DNA of 63,634 nt, filler included, from Vannella sp. (Eukaryota), in NCBI GenBank assembly GCA_023345925.1. It is 5 parts of 5 records of this genome, joined end to end, with 100 filler letters (N's around TTAATTAATTAA, not from the genome) between each part and the next. Parts side by side here need not be neighbours in the genome. Positions count along the whole stretch, not along the records: positions 53,101 to 59,093 come from JAJQQN010000593.1; positions 59,194 to 63,634 come from JAJQQN010000920.1; 3 more parts are not named here. One strand, given 5' to 3'. Shown here piece after piece: positions 55,277 through 63,634 of the stretch; the first letter of the stretch is position 1, and every line of letters begins with the position of its first letter. Position numbers and translations under genes: made by a program. Under the pieces are notes generated by a model. The model searched no databases, was not told where the DNA came from, and worked only from the letters and a program-made list of their open reading frames with translations.

Positions 55277-58200
55277 ATGGAGACAGAAGTGTGCTTTGCA
55301 GACTTCCAATGTGAGGATCCGGAGTGCCCTCTTCGCCATTGGACTTGTCTTTGTGATGATCTCGTCAACTGTGAAGACTTTTTCTGCTCCCTGCGCCATG
55401 CGGGAGGTCGTTGTCTGCCATGTACAATGGAGGTACAATGTGTCCCGTGCTTTAACAAAGGTTGTGAGCACCTCCATGTTCCTCGCGAAGGCGCTTTGCA
55501 GGTCCTTTTACCTTTCGCCTTGTCTCAGAAGATCGTTCTCTTCTTGCTGAACACCCTCCCTGAATCTTTGTGTCATCTACAAGACCTGAATGTTGTTTCA
55601 AAGGCTAACAGGACGATGACCTTGCTCACCGTCGGCGAGGAGGAGGCCAAACCCCTTTTGACGTACCTGAAGAGTGCCATTGGGTCCTCCAATACCTTCT
55701 TTCAACGTGATTTGATCATCTCCTGTCCTCCTCCGGTTCAAGAGATCGACCAGTGGAAGGCCAAGCATAACGCACATCAAGAGGTGGTTCTCTCCTTTGA
55801 GGAAGGACTGGAGGACCAGCACCGCGTGATCTTCTTTACAACCAATCGGTGGAAGTGCGAGCCGCTGTGGCATCTGATAGCTCAATGGTGCCAACTTCAG
55901 GCGAGAAAGCCTTCATCACGTGAGGAGCGTGCAAGGCGCGTCAGAGAGAGACAAGCATCTGCTTCGATTGCTGATCAAGGCAAAGATGAGAGAGCAACTC
56001 AGCAAATGGAACGCTCACTCCCAACCTCACTTGCAGAAGTGGGTTTTAACTGGACTCCCAGGGCAGATTGCCCTCCTTACGAAACAAGAAGAGGGAAATG
56101 CGTCGCGTCAAGGTTTTCCGCCAATGGAAACCCAGATCTATTCAAGGGGGAAGAGAAAGACGTTGTCAGGATCGATTCCATCCAAAACAAATTCTTAAGG
56201 ATCAAGTACCCTTCCCTTCTGGAAGGCACTTCGTACAACAAAAAGGAGGGTTCACTTTTGTTCCCATCAAGACCTGAAACGGATGAGAGGATCCGTCGCA
56301 CTTGCCAGATCTTCAGCTCCCTTGCTTGTGAAGAATTCGGTCTCAACTCAAACGTTGGACTGGAGAAAGCTGCAAATTTGGCTTTGGTGCAAATTCCTTG
56401 CATTGCTATCCACCAAGCGAGCAAATGTTGGCTCGTTGGTGCAGAGGAGGATATCCAGGAGGCTTTGAAAACTCTCCAACACAATCTCCTTCAATCTCAG
56501 GTCCTTCTCCCTGATTGGGAAGACATAGGTGATTCAAAAATTGCTGCAAAATTACTGAAGAGCTTCTTCAGAATAGGCGATGCTGTCCACCTTCAGGTAG
56601 AAGAAAATCCTCGAAAGTTGAAGATTACCTCTTTCAGTCAACCCCATTTCCAGGAGGCACTTCAGGTGATCTCCACTCATGGAAACTACTCTGAAGTTGA
56701 TGAGAATCGTTTCTATTCCGGGGAGAGTAACATCATTAAGGTGACCTGTGCTGAAGAGATGTTTCTCAAAAGCGCTTTCGGCTCCTTTCTTGAAGGAGCG
56801 AAGTATGACGAAAAAACCGCTCTGCTTTCATTCCAATTACCGGCGGACAAATCCACTCTCCGTATTGACAAGATCTGCCATATTCTGCTCTCCGTAGAGC
56901 TTCACCCCATCCCAGAAAGAGAACACCCGCACCTTTTTCGCAGGTGCTGCCACGCGATCCTGAGGAGGAACTACTGCACGCTCATTTCAAAAAGAATAAT
57001 GGGGAGACACGATGATGTAGCCGCCTGTTTGAAGGACTTGACAGAGGTCCCACTCATCCAATCACGAGTTCCCGTTCCAGATCATTTGAAGATCGAGAGA
57101 AAAGGGTTGCGAAGTCGATTTGCACGGGCGATTCCTGTCCATATTAAGGTGGAAAAGGGACATCCTGACGTCATAATAATCAGCTCTTATGAAAAGAACT
57201 TGGTCAAACAGGCTGAAGAAGAGATAACGGAACAACTGAAATCCCTTCTCCCTCTGGCATCGCCGGTACAAGATAATTTATCAGAACCCGCCTTGAAAAT
57301 GATTCCGAGATCCTTTTGCCATGTCCCCTCTTTCACTCAGGAGAGAATAGAGCTGCTTTCTGCGACTCAACTTCAAGCCATCCAAGCACATCCGCATTCT
57401 TTGGTAGAATTCTTCGGTGGAGACAAGGCGCACTCGGAGATAATGCTCGACTCAAAAGCGTCTCTCCTTACGTTTAGATCGATCGCTGAAGTGCAACAAA
57501 CCCAAATCCTGCAGGCCTTTTGGTGGTGGGCTGAAAACTTTCGTCCCCTTCCGATTCCAAAAATCATCAATCCAAGCCCATCCCCGCATTCATGTTTCTC
57601 GATGGAGAAAAGAGAGAAGATCACTCCAGATCAACTCAACACTTTAAGTGCTTGCCCTTCACCGCTAGTGATATTCTTTGGAGGAGACACTGCTCGCTCT
57701 GAGATAACTTTGGATATGAAAGATTCCTTCTTAATTGTCAAAACAATTACTGTTGCTCAGCAGACTCATCTTTTTCATTCCATTCAAAGGTGGATTGCGC
57801 GCTTTCCTCAGGCATCAGTCTCTTCGATTGTGCCCCTTAAAGACCCTAATTTCCCTCATGAGATGAAGGAAAAGCTGTCTCCAATTCAAGTCAAAACTCT
57901 TATGGACTATCCTCATTCGTTAGCACGATTCTTTGGTGGAGACACTGTCGGATCGGAGATCACCGTCAACTCAGAGGATTCCCTCCTTGTTGTAAGGACT
58001 AACTCGATTGCTCAGCAAACACATCTTTTTCATGCCATTCAAAGGTGGATTACCAGCTTTAATGAGCTAGCATCAAGTGTGCCTCTGAAGAATTCTTTCT
58101 TTCCTCATGAGAGGAAGGAGAAGCTTTCTCAAATCCAAGTCAAAACTCTTTTCGCTCATTCTCATTCATTAGTACAATTCTTTGGAGGAGATAAGGCTCG

Positions 58201-58609
58201 GTCCACCATCATATTAGATGCAAAAGCTTCCCGTCTGATTGTCAAGACAAAATCAATTGCCCAGCAAACCCATCTTATGAAGGCTATCCTGCCATGGATC
58301 GCCAGCTCTCCCAATCCATCGGCACCAAAAGCCTCCAATGCATCCTTCTGTGCACCTGCAGTGTCTGAGGACAGAATGAAGAAAACGTCCTCTTTCTCTG
58401 AAGAGAGAAAGGAGAAGCTCTCTCCAACCCAAGTCAAAACTCTTTTAGCTTATCCATATTCGCTTGCGCGATTCTTTGGAGGAGACACCGTCGGGTCGGA
58501 GATCACTGTCAACTCAGAAGAGCTTCTTCTCATTGTAAGGACTAACTCGATAGCTCAGCAAATCCATCTCTTCCGGTCCATCAAGATGTGGACCAAAAGG
58601 GTGAAGTAG
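55277..58609 (+). CDS. Large intronless protein: N-terminal Cys/His zinc-finger cluster, KH-like central repeats, five C-terminal ~80-aa repeats
   Basis: METEVCFADFQCEDPECPLRH..CEDFFCSLRH..CFNKGCEHLH; WLVGAEEDIQEAL and IMGRHDDVAACL are KH-like; repeated FFGGD units. Confidence 0.75.
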   Translation: METEVCFADFQCEDPECPLRHWTCLCDDLVNCEDFFCSLRHAGGRCLPCTMEVQCVPCFNKGCEHLHVPREGALQVLLPFALSQKIVLFLLNTLPESLCHLQDLNVVSKANRTMTLLTVGEEEAKPLLTYLKSAIGSSNTFFQRDLIISCPPPVQEIDQWKAKHNAHQEVVLSFEEGLEDQHRVIFFTTNRWKCEPLWHLIAQWCQLQARKPSSREERARRVRERQASASIADQGKDERATQQMERSLPTSLAEVGFNWTPRADCPPYETRRGKCVASRFSANGNPDLFKGEEKDVVRIDSIQNKFLRIKYPSLLEGTSYNKKEGSLLFPSRPETDERIRRTCQIFSSLACEEFGLNSNVGLEKAANLALVQIPCIAIHQASKCWLVGAEEDIQEALKTLQHNLLQSQVLLPDWEDIGDSKIAAKLLKSFFRIGDAVHLQVEENPRKLKITSFSQPHFQEALQVISTHGNYSEVDENRFYSGESNIIKVTCAEEMFLKSAFGSFLEGAKYDEKTALLSFQLPADKSTLRIDKICHILLSVELHPIPEREHPHLFRRCCHAILRRNYCTLISKRIMGRHDDVAACLKDLTEVPLIQSRVPVPDHLKIERKGLRSRFARAIPVHIKVEKGHPDVIIISSYEKNLVKQAEEEITEQLKSLLPLASPVQDNLSEPALKMIPRSFCHVPSFTQERIELLSATQLQAIQAHPHSLVEFFGGDKAHSEIMLDSKASLLTFRSIAEVQQTQILQAFWWWAENFRPLPIPKIINPSPSPHSCFSMEKREKITPDQLNTLSACPSPLVIFFGGDTARSEITLDMKDSFLIVKTITVAQQTHLFHSIQRWIARFPQASVSSIVPLKDPNFPHEMKEKLSPIQVKTLMDYPHSLARFFGGDTVGSEITVNSEDSLLVVRTNSIAQQTHLFHAIQRWITSFNELASSVPLKNSFFPHERKEKLSQIQVKTLFAHSHSLVQFFGGDKARSTIILDAKASRLIVKTKSIAQQTHLMKAILPWIASSPNPSAPKASNASFCAPAVSEDRMKKTSSFSEERKEKLSPTQVKTLLAYPYSLARFFGGDTVGSEITVNSEELLLIVRTNSIAQQIHLFRSIKMWTKRVK
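57340..58600 (+). repeat. Five ~80-90-aa coding repeats (EKLSxxQVKTL..PHSL.xFFGGD...I...S.L.V.T.SIAQQTHL...W)
   Basis: FFGGD occurs five times at ~250-290 nt spacing, with nucleotide-level similarity between copies. Confidence 0.9.
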
Positions 58610-59093
58610 AAACAAATCGGTTGCCTTTCAACTTCCCAGAAGTCCTCCGTTTATCCACTAATCTATGGCGTGCATCCGCTGTATTAAAAGAGATCAAACA
58701 AAGCTTCTTCTTCTTCGTCTTCTGGCAGACCATTGATTTCGGTAGGGTGCTAGATTTTGGGTGCACTTGTTTGCACCCTGAGGGATTTTGGGTGCACTTT
58801 GAAGTGAACCCTTTTTTCTTTAAGTATAATAGTAAATCTTTTAAGTGTACCCGACCCATCAATCAATATCAGCGTTTCATGAGCTTTCGAATTCTATATT
58901 TGGATATTTTATTTGAATAAGCATTAAGGATCTAGATTATGGGTAAACTTGGTACCTTTAGTTAATTTCCCAGATTGAAGTTTACAGGTTTTAGAGGTTC
59001 TAAGGCACTCAGGAGAGGTTAAGAGAGGTTAAGAGCTTTCGAGATAACTATTAGGCTATTGCTTCGATGAAATTCATTTTTTCACCATTATAT

Positions 59094-59193
59094 NNNNNNN
59101 NNNNNNNNNNNNNNNNNNNNNNNNNNNNNNNNNNNNNTTAATTAATTAANNNNNNNNNNNNNNNNNNNNNNNNNNNNNNNNNNNNNNNNNNNN
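59094..59193. other. Artificial contig spacer
   Basis: N run with central TTAATTAATTAA. Confidence 0.98.
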
Positions 59194-61847
59194 AATTCCT
59201 TAGTTCAAGGACTGAGGGGAAGCTGACACGAAATCAGAGAGAGACTTTGCGCTTGCTGGAGGTGAACGAGATTGATGGTAAGATCCTTTCTCCCTCTTTT
59301 GTCTCTTCTCATCCTTGATGTTGCAGGAAAACTCCTTTGGAGGTTCAATTCGGCAGATGCCCTGGCTAACGCATTGAAACACGACTTTGGGTTTCCCTAC
59401 GCCCAGGCATTGTCAATTGCTGATGATGTGGAAGTCCTCAAGAAGGATAGCGAGAGTGAGTGAAGCATATCTTTGAATCACACGTTTCACATCATTTGAC
59501 AGATCCCACATGCAAATCACCTGAGCATTTCCTCGAACTGATGTCGAGGTTGCGAAATGAGAAAGGACCTGCTCTCCATCCCTTCCAACATTCTATCTTG
59601 GCATCGAAAAATTCTCGCAGTGCTGCGATCTCCTATGCAGAGGAACACGGCACTATCAGTGGCGTCCCAACTGAAAAGCGAGAACTCGCAAAGATGGTGT
59701 TCGATGAGTGGGTGAAAGAATTACCGACTACCAGCCGCGGTATCAACGCTCTTCTCTCTACATATGGTGTGAGAGGAGCTGGAAAGACTGTGCAACAGGC
59801 CTTCAACATGCTGTGGTTCGTCCAAAGGGAAAAGATCAAGGACCGCAAAGGATTCGCAGTGGAGGTGACCTTTAATGACGACTATTACAGCCTCTGTCAT
59901 GAAACTGAAGAATATGATGTTACAAAGTCCACAGTCAGAGTCATCTTACTGCGCGTGGTGGAAGCTCTGGCGGGGGCTCATTACAGCAAAGGACCAGTCA
60001 CACCAGTAATGACTGCGTGCTACAATACGGATTTCTCAAAATGGGCCAATTTCACTATCTCGGATGCACTAGCCCTCGCTCGAAGAGCACTGCAACTTCC
60101 ACCCGAAACACCAGTTTTGTTGGCTATCGATGAGATCGCAAAGCTCCACAAAATCTCAACAAAGATCTCGGAAGAAGAAAAGAAACAGAAAGTCCCCAAA
60201 ACAGAAAGTCTCCGAAAAAAAGAAGCCACAGTGGCTGCTCTTAGCAAAGTATGCCGCATCATGGACGATACGTGCGTGAAAGGCACGCGAACTACTTGGG
60301 TGTGCGCGACTACTTACGGAGTGGACACGCTTCAAAAATTTATGACTGATTCCGGAAGACCTGTGGCAGTACAGCCATTGCCTCCGATCTTCCCAATCAG
60401 CGTTGAAAGTACCCAGTTTCGGCACCTCCCACCAATCTTGCAGATCCTGCAGAACAACGAAGACATCGATTTCAGCCCAACCAAGAAAACGGTTTTGCAC
60501 ACTATTTCCATGCTGATGATGGAAACTGGAGGCCATCCGCGTCGAGTGGAGGCATTGTTCCACTCCTTGTCAGATCTTCCCAACCACCTCAAAGAAAAGA
60601 GCAGTCAGATCAAAGAGATTCCTGGCAAGTCCGACAAGGATCTGCTGAAATGGGTGATGAACCAAACAGACTACCACAAGGAACTCAAAAGGGTACTTCT
60701 GGGCACTTTTGTTACCGAAGCCATCGCTTTGATGCAAAGGCCATTCTCCTTTGTAGGAAATTTTGACCTTGAGGACCTGGAGCATCCTCAAACATCTGTG
60801 GATATGATCCATCCCTTTGAATTTCCTGATAGTGACAAGAAGCTTGAGAAACACGTCGCTTCGAATGCGATGGTTGAAGCGGGCGTGGCGAGCTACTTGG
60901 CTGATCCGCCCCCACAATGCCGAATCTTCCTGCCATTTCCCATATTGAAAAAGTGGTCATCTCTCAAGAAATCATCATCCCTCGCTTGGAGTGTTGTCAA
61001 CTACATCGAGGCAGCTGGGAAACCTGGTCGTTTTAAAGGGATACATCTAGAATCTGTCATGTTTGAGACCATGAAATTCTACGCCACACACCAACCGAAA
61101 ACTTCATTCTTGCTGCGTGACGTCTGCCGTCTGACTGGACAATCAAGTGATGGACTCTCTGTGTTTGACTTCAAGTTGAAACCTTTCAGACTCGCAGAGT
61201 CTGTCCCACATGTGGAGATACTCCCGTACAGCATCGACAAGAAACAGAATGACCATTTGATAACCTTCGGGGATGCAAGCATGTTCACCTCCCTTCCCGC
61301 TGGGATGTACAAACCAGCCAGTGAGGGCAACAGCGCCGATTTAATCGGGATCTTTGATGTCTGCGATGGTCCCTACGAGCGCTTGGTCGTCGATTTCCAA
61401 TGCAAGGACTATTACAATATCAAACCAGAGATGCATCCTGTGGGCAAATGGCGCTGGTCCCGACAGGGTCTCACTCATGATGTTCTTCCTGTGAGACGGA
61501 ACAACTTCACCGGAGTGGTGGGGATGGATGATCCAAACTTCTTCAAATTCAAGGAGCAACTGAAAGAATGCCAGAAGGAGAAAGAGGGGAAGAAAAGAGT
61601 CGCCTTTGCTTTCATTTTGATAACATCCAATCCCATCCCAATGGACGGTCATCATTTCGGGGAGATTCAACATGATCCCACAACCCCACCTGACCTCCGA
61701 GGAGCGACTCTCAGCGCCAATGAGGCGCTGATGGATCTCATTCACATGAGAAATTGGATCCCCACGGTGGCTTACAACGTGCAAACAGCCAACAGACTCA
61801 GGAGTCTTTACGCGGCAGATTCCGAAGAAACAATCGCTGATGAGTAA
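59194..61847 (+). CDS. Crinkler/RHS (CR)-type effector: SAM-like header, P-loop NTPase, restriction-endonuclease-like domain (5' truncated)
   Basis: Upstream exons NEIDG|KLLWRF..FGFPYAQALSI are SAM-like. Walker A GVRGAGKT, VEVTFN, Walker B LLAIDE, TGGHPR. C-terminal GIHLE...N.ADLIG...VDFQCK fits a PD-(D/E/Q)xK fold. Confidence 0.72.
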
Positions 61848-63634
61848 CAGGTCGGTTCGCTCACTCTCTCCATTTCATTCGCACAATCTCTAAAACCAAC
61901 TTTTCTTCTTTCCTCTCGACTGGAGTGACGCCTTCTTTTGGCATTGGTTGGGAGTACTGTGTGCTATTGGTTGTCAATCTCTTTTGTTGCCCCCAGGGAG
62001 ATGCGGGAAAACTGGTGTATGACAGATTTGCGCACTTTCCATGTGATGGAGAACGAGTGGCGTGCCTAAGGAACCCCCATTTGCTTCGCCTCTGAGCCTC
62101 ATTGTCAGTAGTTTGGTTGCTTGATCAGGCTTGAATGCTTGGTCCAAGAGCGTGTGGTTGTAGAGGAGTGGTGGACAATGAGGAGATGTGATGATCCGAC
62201 ATTTCACCTGTTGTAGGGCGAGAGCAAAGGTTGAAAGAGAGGGGTGCACGTACAAAGCTACATGGCTTGTAGAATCAGTGAGAGCTCATATGTCTGGTAG
62301 CCAAGAGGTTAGAGGATCACTAGCGACCCGTCTTGAGATAATCATTGCGGATGGTCATGGATTACATGTGCGTGTCCCTACATTACAAGACGAGGGCATG
62401 AAATGACATGGGAAATGCCCCATTGGCCAGCCTCCGCCATCGAACTGACTTTTTTACTTGAAAGTGAACAAACTGATAGGAGTTCATTGAATCGATCGCG
62501 GCTTGTATCCGGAAATAAGCAGGCAACAAGGCTGGTGAGTGATGAAATGACTAGAAAGAAAGAGTTCAAAAATTGGTTTAGAAACCTCTCTCGCACCCAA
62601 AAATGGCGAAAATGGGCTCCAAACCCAAAACTTTTTTTCTTTTTCGGAAACTCGGTCTGAACGAGTAATATTGCATGGGTGGCGGGTAATCATAATGTGG
62701 AGCCTCGTTGTGAAGGGTTGTTCCATGCGACTTCCGAGGAGCTTGTATGGTGAGTCACATGTACTGAACAGCGATCGAGGTCATGGTATGAGGCGTCCCA
62801 AGTCTTCAGGCCAGCCCCACATGCGCGCAAGCCTTTGCTTGAGGGTCGGGTGCTTGGTGAACACCACTGGACCAAGATGAAATCAATGAAACAAGGTTAA
62901 AATATTATGAAAGGGACAGTTATTTATTTGTGGTGCCCGCAGCTTGCTGGTGGGGACGCTCATTGCGGAAATCGGTGCCTTCCTGTCGAGTTCATGGGGG
63001 AACAATCGTTTTACATGAAAACTGTCACCCGGGAATTTTCTTAAATAGCATAAACTCCCCTTTCACGTTGAGGACATCTTCAAAAACGAATTTTCTTCGG
63101 GACCCAGGAAATGCAAGATCATGATCATGCCTCCCTTTCAGTGGCTATTGTTAAATACATGGCTGATTTCTCCTACCGAAAACTCAAGGGACCAGAGAAG
63201 AGCGTTTGTTGGGAACGAGGTTTATCAAAGATCTGAAGACATCCGTTTTGGTAGTGTTTTGGTGCTGACATACTTACCAAAACAGATGTTCTTCATGCAT
63301 GTCGACTACTTCTCCATTTTCGGCAGTATTCAAATGAGAAAGAGGCTCTTTCAAAACGCGACGAAGCTCCAGGAACTTTTCGGATGCAGAAGCATCCCTC
63401 CTGACAAACTTTCTCCAGAGTTTGGTCCAGTAGTCTAGGTTGGGGGTACATTCAGAGTCGAGCGTGACTTTGCGATGAGTTGATCGCGAATGGAATGAGC
63501 TGCTTATTGTTCGACATTTGAAAAGCATGGCGACGCCCCGGGTCGCCATAAGGGTTTTCCACTTTTTCGCAATTAATTAATTAATTCTTCATTTTGGGCA
63601 GTTCTAGCGATCTGATTGGCTGCTAGCCCTGAAA

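Noticed and set aside
21601..59193. Repeated TTAATTAATTAA motifs and gene linkage across them
   Set aside because: They are artificial spacers within N runs, so adjacency across gaps has no meaning.
2844..61784. Many antisense or nested ORFs in the ORF track
   Set aside because: They are shadows of real genes on the other strand or frame and carry no independent motifs.
61950..62400. Possible decayed LINE endonuclease (MSDH motif on the minus strand)
   Set aside because: A single short motif with no sustained ORF or reverse transcriptase motifs.
63571..63586. TTAATTAATTAA without flanking Ns
   Set aside because: A simple AT repeat or leftover linker; the two cannot be distinguished and no function is supported.

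Overview
Gene-dense eukaryotic DNA with short (~40-70 nt) GT-AG introns. The gene set suggests a protist, plausibly an amoebozoan (inference). It is not one locus: four 100-nt N spacers with a central TTAATTAATTAA split it into five joined contigs (1-21600, 21701-31026, 31127-53000, 53101-59093, 59194-63634). Most genes are recognisable: divergent actin, TDO, ALA synthase, two RhoGEFs, a RING protein, a PH-LRR protein, a SET protein, USP22-like, zf-UBP sirtuin, an RCC1-repeat protein, NECAP, LRR-HlyIII, CRAL-TRIO, TAF10, CHO2-like PEMT, ELYS-like, epsilon-COP, ZFPL1, an ankyrin protein and MOT1/BTAF1. The standout is 31865-34843 (minus strand), where the ORF track shows almost nothing. It reads as an ankyrin-repeat gene whose inter-repeat beta-hairpin loops are encoded by two tandem arrays of 3-nt, single-codon, phase-0 micro-exons (7 + 8). 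Each micro-exon sits between a canonical YAG acceptor and a GTRAG donor in a family of homologous introns. This is a candidate splice-based system for diversifying an ankyrin binding surface. Other defence-like genes are a SAMD9-like degenerate NTPase (2625-5279) and a Crinkler-type SAM/NTPase/REase effector (59194-61847). All family assignments come from motif recognition by eye, without database searches.
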